Positions 7,777 through 17,114 are shown, numbered from the stretch's first letter. The stretch: DNA of 17,114 nucleotides from Candidatus Heimdallarchaeota archaeon (GCA_019057635.1 DXJL01000097.1:1-17114); one strand, 5' to 3'. Numbers and translations are program-made. Notes: a model not told the origin generated them from the letters alone.

Positions 7777-7877
7777 AGTCCCATCGCAATTTGGTTTAAA
7801 AAGCCCAAAAAATGATTAAGAACTCACATCGAAGCTAATTCCCCCTATATTGAGAACCGAGAGGATCTGACAATATT

Positions 7878-8696
7878 ATGCTAATGCAATTTGAATACCT
7901 CACTACCGACTCTGCAGTACCAATGGTCCTCTTTTGGATAATATTCTTCATACTTAGTCTCGTTTTAATCAATTCACACTCGATGAGCAAACGACGAGGC
8001 ATTTTTCTTTATCTAATAGCCATATTCTTTGCGGGGGTGTTTTTAGGGGGTATTCCCAATGTTGTTTTACCAATAGAATATACATTGAACGTAATCGCAA
8101 GTAAAGGAGATCTGATTGGAGTTCTTCATCCCCTTGCAATATGTGGTGTAATAATGGGCTCCTCACTAGTTGTAGGAAGAATTTTTTGCGGTTTTGTGTG
8201 CCCCTTAGGAGCATTACAAGAAGTAATATCACAGAAGAATTTTCCATCAGATGTCACGAGTTACCAAAAAAATACATTTCATATAAACGTAGATTTACGG
8301 TTATCTACTAAGATTCGATGGGTTTTCCTTGGTATTTTGGTCATTACTAGTTTTCTAGGGATTTCTGCTTTCTCAGAGATTAATCCTCTATCAGGATTCG
8401 TGCTTATAATAAGCTTCCCGTTATTTATTATGCTCGTAGTAAGTTTCCTAAGTTTTTTTCTGTATCGGCCATGGTGTCGATTTTTATGCCCATTTGGTGC
8501 AGGTTCAGCCTTCTGCGGTCAATTTGCCACGATAAAATATCGACGAACCAGTGATTGCACAGATTGTGGGAAGTGTGAAATCGTCTGTCCGACACAGGAG
8601 GCAGCAGCAGATAGTAAGAAAGGAGAATGCTATTTCTGCAATCGCTGTATAGAAGTATGCCCACATGATGCCATTCGTTACGATCTAGAGCTTTAA
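7878..8696 (+). CDS. Membrane 4Fe-4S binding protein (NapH/MauN/RdxA-like polyferredoxin)
   Basis: TM helices, GRIFCGFVCPLG and RPWCRFLCPFG motifs, and two CxxCxxCxxxCP clusters (CTDCGKCEIVCP, CYFCNRCIEVCP). Confidence 0.92.
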   Translation: MLMQFEYLTTDSAVPMVLFWIIFFILSLVLINSHSMSKRRGIFLYLIAIFFAGVFLGGIPNVVLPIEYTLNVIASKGDLIGVLHPLAICGVIMGSSLVVGRIFCGFVCPLGALQEVISQKNFPSDVTSYQKNTFHINVDLRLSTKIRWVFLGILVITSFLGISAFSEINPLSGFVLIISFPLFIMLVVSFLSFFLYRPWCRFLCPFGAGSAFCGQFATIKYRRTSDCTDCGKCEIVCPTQEAAADSKKGECYFCNRCIEVCPHDAIRYDLEL

Positions 8697-8754
8697 GCAC
8701 CAAAAGGCTAGAAGAAAAAGATTATAATCTTTTATAAAACGCTAAAGATTGACT

Positions 8755-9504
8755 CTACCCTTCAGCAAAATCATTTTTAATCTCATGAATTCTCCAGTGA
8801 GTCAGCTCTAAATCCTTTTCACCCACAAAAACAATAACGGAATAAGGAAAGGCATTGAACATAAGGCAATGAAAATCTCGGGATAAAGCTATTTGAAAAT
8901 TCTCAACGGGGAAAGAAGTACGAATAGATAAATCCAGGACGGTTTTAAGTGCTTTAGAAACCTCATCACTGAACACACTAAATTTATCATCAATTAAATG
9001 AGTGTAAATTTGACTCATTTCTGGACGTGTGTAAATGAGCACATTCTCAAATATTTGATCACCATAGCTATGGATAGAATCCAACAATTTACTTAAGTTT
9101 GTGACATCGATATGTGAAAAGGATTTATAGGCTTGAGCACATTCCACTGCGAAATCATAGTGATCTTGATGGATTATAGAATTACCAGATATCGTAGCTT
9201 CTAATTCTGTATGAAACTTATCTTCAAAATCGTCAATTATATCAGAAATAAAGCGCTCAAAGATAGGACCCGATTGAAAAGTGAAGAGTATCCCGAAGAC
9301 ATATTTCCCCTCAACTAAGATGGCGTTATAATGACCGTAATTGACAATTTTAGTCTCTTGGGGACCAAATGTTTCCCCCATAATTTGCATGATCGCAGTA
9401 ATTAACCCTCCTCTGATTTCACTGTTGAAAAGAGTATCAGGCCGAAATTCAAGTGTAAAAAGGGGAATTCCACTGTCTTTACTTGTAATTTCAATGCCTA
9501 TCAT
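8755..9504 (-). CDS. Tandem longin/roadblock-like domain protein (start probably 9504, alternatively 9558)
   Basis: MIGIEITSKDSGIPLFTLEF...IRGGLITAIMQIMGETFG..ETKIVNYG...ILVEGKYVFGILF..IFERFISDIIDDFEDKF fits the beta-beta-alpha-beta-beta-beta-alpha longin pattern seen in Asgard proteins. A second, more degenerate unit follows. Confidence 0.6.
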   Translation of the reverse strand: MIGIEITSKDSGIPLFTLEFRPDTLFNSEIRGGLITAIMQIMGETFGPQETKIVNYGHYNAILVEGKYVFGILFTFQSGPIFERFISDIIDDFEDKFHTELEATISGNSIIHQDHYDFAVECAQAYKSFSHIDVTNLSKLLDSIHSYGDQIFENVLIYTRPEMSQIYTHLIDDKFSVFSDEVSKALKTVLDLSIRTSFPVENFQIALSRDFHCLMFNAFPYSVIVFVGEKDLELTHWRIHEIKNDFAEG

Positions 9505-9697
9505 AAAACCATCACATAAGAATCTAGATTTTCTAATGGGAGTAGCTAAAGCTACCACTGCATCATAATTAAATATTTCCTAACTTATCTACAAATTGCT
9601 AGAATTGATCCTTTGAATTATGAACACAAATATCAGTAATATTTAAGGGGAATAGGGAACAAAATCTATAATTTCTGTTCCTGTTTAAACATAAGAA

Positions 9698-11077
9698 CTA
9701 AGTATCAGGCGATAGTGAAAAAATAAGATCCTTAAACTGTTCTGTACTAGCCATTTTATCCTCTCTGGATAATCCCTTCCAGAGAAGAAATTGTTGCCTC
9801 ATAATCCCGATATATCGCTTGACTAGGGCCTGCCAAGCCTGCAGTACACCCTCTACTCGATTTAATTTAATAACGAACTTCCAATGATTCTTTACCGTGT
9901 CTAAATAGGAGTATACATCTACGGTTTGAATTATCCCCATATCAAAGGGGGCTAGATAAACTGTTGTAGTGAGATGTTTTTCTATTCCAGGCTGATTCTT
10001 GAAGATTATAGGACTACTCACGAAAAAAGGGCCTCCAACATTTTCTGATTTAAGAATCAAGAGAAATTCGTTTAAAAACGCGAGAATTCCTTCCACTTCA
10101 TCCTCACTCGAGGCTACAAATGGTAAAGAGATGTTCCACTGGGATCCATCACCTTCAGGTAAGGTAGAGATCTCCCATGATCGCTTCTGGGAAGGTAATG
10201 AATTCAAACTTGATTCTCGAAGGGGAAGAACAAGTCCCACAAACATCCCTAGTCCACTAAAGATTAATGTAATAATAACAGCTCGAGAAGAATAATTTAC
10301 AGAAAAAGATTCAAAAATTAAGTCGATAGATGAAAGAAATCTAATAACTATTATCCCACCTGAATAACCTACCATAGATCCGATTATGGCATGTAGAAGA
10401 AATTCAGCAATGAAGAGTCCAAGAATGCCAGAAGGAGACACTCCTAAGGATGTAAATATTGAAATTTCTTTCTTGGAGTCATACACAGTACTTATGGAGG
10501 TGTTATTCATCAGAAGAATTGCAATAGCTACCGGAAGAGCCAATTCTAAGAAATTAAACCCAGCCTGAGAACTAGTGGAGGTAAGGAGAGTTAATGAAAA
10601 TGATAAAAGAGCAACTGCTGATAAATTTAACAATGTACGTGGTTTTTGCTTTTTCATCCTTTGAATCCCTGTTTTAATTGCTATAAGCACAACTGATGTC
10701 TGATTGGATTTAATAAAATGAGCTCCTAACGCATTCTTGCGTATTTGTACAAGAAAGCCGGTGGATTCATGAAATAACATATAAAAAATTATTAATACCG
10801 AAATTACGTTTATAAGTCCAATAAGAGTCAACCCAAGCGGAGGAGCGATCTTAAATCCTGGATGAATGAGATAGAAAAATCCAAAAGCTATGGAGTAGAT
10901 AATACAGGATACTATAAGCCATCTTTTCTCAGAATTTAAGTCAAAGAGAAAGTTTGACAAGGTGAGTGAGAAAGGAATGAGGAAAAAAGCGAACAGAAGG
11001 GCAGTGTTACTTCCGTCGGTAATAATATTCCGCGCCTGGCGAAGGGCAGTAAGGGACATAAGACGTGCTTGGTTCAT
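9698..11077 (-). CDS. FtsX-like (ABC3) permease family membrane protein, apparently N-terminally truncated
   Basis: Multiple TM segments and a FtsX motif (VYDSKKEISIFTSLGVSPSGILGLFIAEFL..IIGSMVGY). The C-terminal LPF / LAPFDMGIIQ / FLLWKGL domain resembles the large archaeal FtsX-like proteins. Confidence 0.8.
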   Translation of the reverse strand: MNQARLMSLTALRQARNIITDGSNTALLFAFFLIPFSLTLSNFLFDLNSEKRWLIVSCIIYSIAFGFFYLIHPGFKIAPPLGLTLIGLINVISVLIIFYMLFHESTGFLVQIRKNALGAHFIKSNQTSVVLIAIKTGIQRMKKQKPRTLLNLSAVALLSFSLTLLTSTSSQAGFNFLELALPVAIAILLMNNTSISTVYDSKKEISIFTSLGVSPSGILGLFIAEFLLHAIIGSMVGYSGGIIVIRFLSSIDLIFESFSVNYSSRAVIITLIFSGLGMFVGLVLPLRESSLNSLPSQKRSWEISTLPEGDGSQWNISLPFVASSEDEVEGILAFLNEFLLILKSENVGGPFFVSSPIIFKNQPGIEKHLTTTVYLAPFDMGIIQTVDVYSYLDTVKNHWKFVIKLNRVEGVLQAWQALVKRYIGIMRQQFLLWKGLSREDKMASTEQFKDLIFSLSPDT

Positions 11078-11677
11078 CTCCTGAAGCGCTGCTGAATAGT
11101 CAAAATTTTCATAGAAGCATAGCGAAGAGACAGAATGTTTATTATTTCGAGGGGAATAAGAAGGATAATCGAAGCTTTTTTTTAACTCGATGCATATTTA
11201 GAAGAAGAGGTGGTAGAGAAGTGCAAAAAAATCGAATAAGAAAGGAAAGTTTATTTATTTGCGTATTCCTAGAATTTTTTCTGTTATTCACCCTTACTGC
11301 AGGTAATATAACTGTATCCGAAGCTGAAACTAAGGACGATCATCCGTATTTAGATCTAAAATCAAATTAATTTAAGTCATAAATTCGAACTAAACAAAAA
11401 GACTGAAATCAATGGGAATGAGGACGAGAATAATTTTCCCTCTCGGAGCAAAACGCTTTGTTTCTCCTGTAAGTTTGGGGATATCTGATATCATTAAACC
11501 TAATATTAAAGAATTATAACCTAGTTTCAACCGGTAATTGGAATTTACTTTCTTATCCATAAACAATCCCATAGCCTCTTAGATGGACAAATCCAATGTT
11601 TAAGAATAATCACACACGCTAAAAAAGTCACAAGTTTTATTAGAAGGATTAATCCTCAAAACGGGTGAGGACAAGAG

Positions 11678-12058
11678 ATGACCCAAAATCAAAATTATAG
11701 AACACTCCCAAGTTACGAGTTAATTCCAATCATTAAAATTGTGAAATGGACCTATCTGCCATATCTTGGATTACAATTCCTAATATTTATGGATACACTT
11801 GTGAAATACCCTACAAATTTGTTAGAAGCCACAGGAATATTCATAGCCATGAGTGGTTTGGGGTATTTAATAATAGCCGGCCCATTCATCTTAATAGGAG
11901 CTGGAATTGAGTATTTCCTGAGACAGACACGTCTAGATCATATTCCAATAGATACTACCCTTTACGAAGTAATTACACAGCCAACCATAATGTTGGGCAC
12001 TATAAAAATAATTGTACCGAAATCAAGTAGAGAAAATGACACTATGGAAGAAACTTAA
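11678..12058 (+). CDS. Hypothetical membrane protein (126 aa)
   Basis: ATG with upstream GTGAGG SD-like sequence, two hydrophobic segments, no recognisable motif. Confidence 0.6.
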   Translation: MTQNQNYRTLPSYELIPIIKIVKWTYLPYLGLQFLIFMDTLVKYPTNLLEATGIFIAMSGLGYLIIAGPFILIGAGIEYFLRQTRLDHIPIDTTLYEVITQPTIMLGTIKIIVPKSSRENDTMEET

Positions 12059-12123
12059 CTGGGAACGGAAAAGAGCCAATACACCCATCCTGTTTCATAA
12101 GGTCCCTTGGTACAGAGGCTTTA

Positions 12124-13242
12124 TTAAATTAAACCTCTTCTGACAATTTCTGAGCTCCGATGTTTTTCCCAGAGTGTTAAGAATTGCTTCAGAGTTTGGT
12201 CATTCTGATAGATTCTATCACGTGCCACCCTTTTTTCCCTTAAGAGCTGAAGAAAGTCTTTTCCGAGTGTTTCTTCATAATAATGCCCTTGTTTATATTG
12301 GACACCCTTGTTTTCACATAATTTAATTGTGTTAATAGCAATTTGACCAGATTCGATGGCGTAAGGAATCCCCTTCCCACTGATTGGATCAACTAGGCCT
12401 CCTGCATCACCAACCGCATAAACATTCTCCTTAAATAATTGAGGTCTCACACTAACTGGAATTAAATGACCTTTAAACCGTTCAGTAGTTGAATTTTTCA
12501 ACAGATCCTTAACAAAAGGCATATTAAGAAATAAATTGAATTCTTCCCTAGACTTATTAATCCTAATTAATTGATTTCCCCAACCAACCGTGATTCGATC
12601 GATTTTAGGAAATAACCAGGCGTAACCCAGATGACTGAGGCTTTTAATGCTGAAAAACAAGTGTAACGAACTATGCCCTAGGAACTTAGCAATGGTTTGT
12701 TTGGATATTTTCATTTCTTGAGTGATCGTTAAGATGAGATCTTCTCTCGGAAAGCGAGGCCAATCCAGCTTCCTTAAGGTGGGAGAAGAAATACCATCAG
12801 AAGCAAGGACATAAGTTGCCTGATATTTCTCTTTCGTTGTAGAAATAGTGTACATCGGCCCTTGTTTTTCTATTGCGACCAAAGGTTCATCGTCTTTGAT
12901 TACAACTCCATGGGCCACAGCTACATCAGCTAAATATTTGTCAAAAACACTTCGCCAAACCACCGCCCCCTCTCCCTTTTTAGAATAGCTTTCTCCATCT
13001 AAATGATGAAGCTCTAAGGAATCGATTACTCGAGCAATTTTTTCCTCGGGATAAGCAAGAGCTTCTACCATTTTCCAATCTATAGCTCCACCACAGGCTT
13101 TGTATCTGCCTGTTATCCCCAAGGGTTCCTTTTCAAGGAGACAGACTGAATATCCATTCTCTGCTGCATGAATTGCCGCGCTAGCTCCACCTGGCCCCGC
13201 CCCTACAACGATTATATCAAAGGGTTTAGAGTGATTTACCAT
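12124..13242 (-). CDS. Geranylgeranyl reductase family FAD-dependent oxidoreductase
   Basis: DIIVVGAGPGG, KACGGAI, RSVFDKYL, ASDG, GYAWLFPK and VGDAGGLVDPISGKGIPYAIESG. Confidence 0.92.
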   Translation of the reverse strand: MVNHSKPFDIIVVGAGPGGASAAIHAAENGYSVCLLEKEPLGITGRYKACGGAIDWKMVEALAYPEEKIARVIDSLELHHLDGESYSKKGEGAVVWRSVFDKYLADVAVAHGVVIKDDEPLVAIEKQGPMYTISTTKEKYQATYVLASDGISSPTLRKLDWPRFPREDLILTITQEMKISKQTIAKFLGHSSLHLFFSIKSLSHLGYAWLFPKIDRITVGWGNQLIRINKSREEFNLFLNMPFVKDLLKNSTTERFKGHLIPVSVRPQLFKENVYAVGDAGGLVDPISGKGIPYAIESGQIAINTIKLCENKGVQYKQGHYYEETLGKDFLQLLREKRVARDRIYQNDQTLKQFLTLWEKHRSSEIVRRGLI

Positions 13243-13478
13243 AGAGCCACCAATTGAGAGTGTGGATAAGTTGCTAGAAGAATTTTTTCCAATGACAATG
13301 ATTTCCCTCGATCCGATTTAATTGAATCAGTCATAGGATTAATCAAAAAAAAGTGATGAATTTTATCAGCAATAGAAGAATTCACCAATCTAGTGGAATA
13401 TTCAGTGACTTCCTAGCTCGCCTGGTCAAAACTCGGATTTAAAAGATGCTTTTTAAAAAGAAATCAGTAATTCTGAAT

Positions 13479-13970
13479 TTATGACTTTTTTTCGATTTCA
13501 TTTATAGTAACTTTTAATTGGTCCGCGTTAACTATTTTAAACCTAGGGTTGATTTCCCCTACTGTAGTCACCCACTTCGTTTTTAAAAGGTTCCTGAGAG
13601 TTGTATCCTCACTTATGAACATATTAGCAGTGGTTATCGAACTCGCTAGTACTAAACAATCAATATAGTCTGAATGGTCATTTCTAAAATAAAATGCTAA
13701 TCTTTGGACTTCTCCATTCCAAGGATCAATTGATATCACATCTCTCCACCTGATTAATGCATTTATTCCCTCAATTACATCATTAGATGTTAATTTGCCC
13801 GATTTTATCATTCTTGCACCCTTTGCAGAAAGTTCAAACAGGGTAATGGAAGAATAATGCAATTCTAAAGATTTAACCTGATGTGCGAGTGAAAGAATGT
13901 CTGGAGAAGAGTTTTCTACTTCAACTTTGATTAAAGGAAAAAAATACGAAGAGTCAAAAAAAACTTTCAC
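13479..13970 (-). CDS. vapC: PIN-domain toxin VapC
   Basis: VFFDSSYF, SSITLFEL, DYIDCLVLASS and FISED acidic PIN motifs. The GTG start overlaps the antitoxin stop (GTGA, 13967-13970). Confidence 0.88.
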   Translation of the reverse strand: MKVFFDSSYFFPLIKVEVENSSPDILSLAHQVKSLELHYSSITLFELSAKGARMIKSGKLTSNDVIEGINALIRWRDVISIDPWNGEVQRLAFYFRNDHSDYIDCLVLASSITTANMFISEDTTLRNLLKTKWVTTVGEINPRFKIVNADQLKVTINEIEKKS

Positions 13971-14206
13971 GTCTCAAGCTCCTTCGCAAGTGTCAAACGA
14001 TCTTTTTTATACTCATCCCAGCTAATATTGACCTTAGGAGGTTGTGACAATAATGTAATAGGATCTGGAATTATTTCAACAATTAAACGACCATGTATGA
14101 CCGAATACTTAATAATTTGGTTTTTTTTGAGTCCCATAGCGATTCGTATCCTTTTAGAGGGGAATAATTCGCCTTTGGACCCCACTTTTCCTTCATCTGT
14201 TGTCAT
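13967..14206 (-). CDS. vapB: AbrB/MazE-fold antitoxin VapB
   Basis: KVGSKGELFPSKRIRIAMGLKKNQIIKYSVIHGRLIVE swapped-hairpin pattern, 79 aa, translationally coupled to the PIN gene. Confidence 0.85.
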   Translation of the reverse strand: MTTDEGKVGSKGELFPSKRIRIAMGLKKNQIIKYSVIHGRLIVEIIPDPITLLSQPPKVNISWDEYKKDRLTLAKELET

Positions 14207-14229
14207 ACACTCACTCGTATTTTTAGACG

Positions 14230-14259
14230 TTTCTCTGGTATATTAATTTTTCTCTGGTA
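14230..14259 (-). promoter_or_regulatory. vapBC promoter/operator: 11-bp direct repeat flanking a TATA-like element
   Basis: TTTCTCTGGTA at 14230-14240 and 14249-14259 with TATTAATT between, 24-53 nt upstream of the vapB ATG. Confidence 0.55.
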
Positions 14260-14317
14260 GCTTTTTAGGAGAAAATTCCCCACAAGATTTCTTCGATTAC
14301 TCGTCAGATGAGTTGTT

Positions 14318-15706
14318 CTAAGTAATGGATTTTTCAGGGGTATCTGTTTCCTCAGGGGCTTTAGACACTAATAAACTCACAATACGTAATTTTGTGACTT
14401 CAACAACGCTAAAAATCAGATTTTCTACCCGAATTTTTTCGTTTTCAATGGGTATGCGTCCCATTTTTTCAATAATCAAACCACCAATCGTCACAGAGAT
14501 ATCTGAGTCCAAATTTGTCTTAAAATAGTCATTAAAATCATCAATTGACGTTTGACCGTTAACATTGGATTCTCCATTTAATCCTCCTCCTACAGGAATG
14601 ATTTCCTTAGGTTCGATATCATATTCATCTTGAATATCACCAACCAGAAGTTCGAGAATATCTTCTAACGTAATCAATCCCACAACTCCTCCGTATTCAT
14701 CAACAACTACAGAGCAATGGCGTTTCCTTTCTTGGAAGGTGGTTAACATACGATCAGCACGCATTGTTTCAGGAACAATGTCCGCCTCTCTGAGTAATTC
14801 TGTAATGTTAATGTCTTCTAAAGTATCCTCAAATTTTATGTCCTTCTCAAAAGCAAGTTCCACGTATTCTAACAAATCTTTAGCATAAAGAAACCCAAGA
14901 ACACTTTCATGGGCCGAATCAAAGACTGGAAAACGAGAATGACCGCTTTTGTTAACCTTTTTTACAATGTTAGCAAAATCATCAGTCATTGAGATAGTAA
15001 CCATATCGCGACGAGGTGCCATAATCATCCGTACTTGTGTATCAGGAAGATCAAAGGTTCTTCGTAAGATGGCTGTCTCTTGTTCCTCCAATATTCCCGC
15101 TGTAGATGACTGTGAAATCAAAAGCTTTAGCTCGTCTTCTGAATGGATGCTACGATGTCCTACAAGCGGTTTAATTCCAAATATGGCCAATACTAACCAA
15201 CCAGTTTTATTAAAGAACCAAATAATAGGTCTGAAAAGCGACGTAAACCAATGAAGGGGCTGCGCGATCCATAAACTTGTCTTCGCAGGATACTGGAGAG
15301 CTATGCTTTTTGGCGCTAATTCACCAATAACTACATGCATGTACGTTGTCATAGCGTAAGCAAAAATACCACCCAGAGCAAGACCGCTAAAAACGGCAAG
15401 AAAATCGAGATCATGGAAAAAAAGTTCGATCACAGGATCAATATATGATCCTGCTAAGAATCCTAAAGCAAGGCTTGCCATGGTAATTCCAAGTTGAGTC
15501 GCACTAATTACCTCATCTTGATTTTCAATGGCTTTTTGCACAGCTTTAGCACGACGGCTCCCAGTTTTTTGAATTAATTCTTCGACCTTAGAAGGTCGAA
15601 CACTTACAAGAGCAAATTCTGCGGCAACGAAAAAACCATTGATCAACACAAGGAATAGCGCTAATAATAAGATAAAAATAAAACCAAGAAGATCAAACTC
15701 TGCCAT
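14318..15706 (-). CDS. CNNM/CorB-CorC (hemolysin-family, DUF21-CBS-CorC_HlyC) Mg2+/Co2+ transporter
   Basis: NGFFVAAEFALVSVR, SATQLGITMASLALG, HVVIGELAPKSIAL, CBS pair (GHSRFPV; VVDEYGGVVGLITLEDILELLVGDIQDEYD) and C-terminal TIGGLI..GRIP. Confidence 0.95.
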   Translation of the reverse strand: MAEFDLLGFIFILLLALFLVLINGFFVAAEFALVSVRPSKVEELIQKTGSRRAKAVQKAIENQDEVISATQLGITMASLALGFLAGSYIDPVIELFFHDLDFLAVFSGLALGGIFAYAMTTYMHVVIGELAPKSIALQYPAKTSLWIAQPLHWFTSLFRPIIWFFNKTGWLVLAIFGIKPLVGHRSIHSEDELKLLISQSSTAGILEEQETAILRRTFDLPDTQVRMIMAPRRDMVTISMTDDFANIVKKVNKSGHSRFPVFDSAHESVLGFLYAKDLLEYVELAFEKDIKFEDTLEDINITELLREADIVPETMRADRMLTTFQERKRHCSVVVDEYGGVVGLITLEDILELLVGDIQDEYDIEPKEIIPVGGGLNGESNVNGQTSIDDFNDYFKTNLDSDISVTIGGLIIEKMGRIPIENEKIRVENLIFSVVEVTKLRIVSLLVSKAPEETDTPEKSIT

Positions 15707-16263
15707 TAGTTTCGGTTAGCTCCGATTAATTTGAGAAAAACGTGAAATATGATCGTATACAATTCAGACAAAAGTCTCATTCTTTAATCGTGTTCTGAGA
15801 CAGACTGAGAGTGATACTTTGGTTAAACTTTATTAAACTTCCACTAAATACTTTTCACCATAATTAATCTATAATTTCCTTTAATAAACTCGTTAGTTTT
15901 CTCCTCTCCTAAGTCGTTGAGATACTCGGTTTAGAGTTAGTAATAAGCTAGCAAACTTTACAACCCCATTAATTATGAGGAATAATTTCAACCGATGTAG
16001 ATGTGAAGGGAATCGAAACTTTATGATTTTGAAATATTCCTCCATATTTATCTAATTGATGTATATGAAATTATTGCCAAATTCAACTTGTGTATTGAAA
16101 TTAGATGAATAATCAGCCCTTAAGGTGTTTTTCTGATGGAAATTCGGAGCTTACTACATCTTTGAAGAGCTAAGTTTTTACTCAAAAGCCTAAATCTCAA
16201 ACATAACTTTCAAATTGCTCGGGATACAGATTCAAGATCATAGAGTGAAATAAGTGAAGGATT

Positions 16264-16572
16264 TTGTCAGCGATAGAAGAATTCTCCAAACTTATGGAAC
16301 ATTTTCTAAAAATGAAAGATGTCAAAAAGCAAGGAAATTCGTTAAAAGTTCACAAGAAAATGTTTACCATGCTAAGCAAAGAAAAGTTTGTGTTTAAAGT
16401 ACCAGAAGAAAGGGTGAAGGATTTAGTAAATTCTGGTGATGGTCTTCCATACGATCCAGGAACAGGCAAACAAATGAAAGAGTGGGTGATCATACCCCTA
16501 GAAATCCATGAGAAATGGATTGATTATGCTCAAGAGGCAAAAGAGTTTGTCACAACCAAGAGTAAAAAGTAA
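16264..16572 (+). CDS. TfoX-N / YjbR-like small protein
   Basis: SLKVHKKMFTML..FVFKVPEERV..LV..G.G.PYDPGTGKQMKEWV...W..YAQEA pattern, TTG start. Confidence 0.7.
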   Translation: MSAIEEFSKLMEHFLKMKDVKKQGNSLKVHKKMFTMLSKEKFVFKVPEERVKDLVNSGDGLPYDPGTGKQMKEWVIIPLEIHEKWIDYAQEAKEFVTTKSKK

Positions 16573-16598
16573 TTTTTGAACTTTATGTGGTTAACAAC

Positions 16599-17114
16599 AT
16601 GACTTCTCAAGATGAAGTAACACGGCTAAAGAGTCAAATTAAACAGCCTATTAGGAGTGTCGGTTCACTAAAGGACCTCATTGGAGTTGATATAGGCTAT
16701 TATGAGGAAAAGGGAATAGTAAGAGGTCTTACCCTCCAAAATTGTCAATTAACAAAATTTCCCGAAGTAATAACTACTTTAGTCAACCTAAAACAATTAA
16801 ATATCTCTAATAATAATCTTACAGAGCTTCCCGAGACTCTGGGGAACCTGAAAGAACTTGAAGAACTAATCGCTAGTGATAATCAACTTAGAAGCCTTCC
16901 AGCGAGCACAAGTGGACTAACCAACCTTAAACATTTAAAATTGCGAAATAATCGAATAACCAGCTTACCTGAGGGGTTACGGCGGTTAACAAATTTAAAT
17001 AAATTAGATATAGGAGGAGGAAATCAATTAGAAGAAATAAGTGAGAAGATTGGCACCCTAACGGGATTAACCAATTTATATCTTGATGGAAATACGTATA
17101 CAACGTTACCGAAA
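16599..17114 (+). CDS. Leucine-rich repeat protein (partial, runs off the window)
   Basis: Open frame from ATG 16599 to the end with ~23-aa repeats LxxLxLxxNxLxxLP: LVNLKQLNISNNNLTELPETLGN, LKELEELIASDNQLRSLP, LTNLKHLKLRNNRITSLP and LTGLTNLYLDGNTYTTLP. Confidence 0.93.
   Translation, partial: MTSQDEVTRLKSQIKQPIRSVGSLKDLIGVDIGYYEEKGIVRGLTLQNCQLTKFPEVITTLVNLKQLNISNNNLTELPETLGNLKELEELIASDNQLRSLPASTSGLTNLKHLKLRNNRITSLPEGLRRLTNLNKLDIGGGNQLEEISEKIGTLTGLTNLYLDGNTYTTLPK

Noticed and set aside
11065-11370. 101-aa + strand ORF
   Set aside because: Antisense to the eroded 5' region of the FtsX-like gene, with no motif.
555-15254. Antisense shadow ORFs (555-878, 583-786, 1210-1413, 3596-4021, 5241-5423, 5569-5754, 5797-6042, 7969-8247, 8428-8703, 9341-9568, 9999-10295, 10386-10568, 14028-14246, 14325-14528, 14949-15254)
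   Set aside because: Each lies opposite a well-supported gene and lacks recognisable motifs.

Overview
AT-rich archaeal DNA, most likely from an Asgard archaeon (Heimdallarchaeia/Hodarchaeales-like). This is an inference from TATA-box promoters, a DUF835 regulator, a geranylgeranyl-reductase-family gene and several eukaryotic-signature-type proteins (single-domain gelsolin, tandem longin/roadblock-like protein, LRR protein). The window opens with a composite transposon relic: an ORF-less IS607-type omegaRNA/right end (~155-344) with its own TATA box, followed by an N-terminally deleted tnpB of a different, rearranged-RuvC clade. Then come a YajO-like aldo-keto reductase, small Zn-ribbon proteins, a coiled-coil/wHTH protein, an unannotated three-hairpin ncRNA candidate (~3313-3490), a PAS-PAS-PAS-DUF835-wHTH regulator split at a T10 tract, a SHOCT membrane protein, gelsolin, a metallophosphoesterase, a membrane polyferredoxin, a truncated FtsX-like permease, a GGR-family reductase, vapBC, a CNNM/CorC transporter, a TfoX/YjbR-like protein and a partial LRR gene. 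The best leads are the stand-alone omegaRNA and the structured ncRNA candidate. All family calls come from motif recognition by eye, not from searches.
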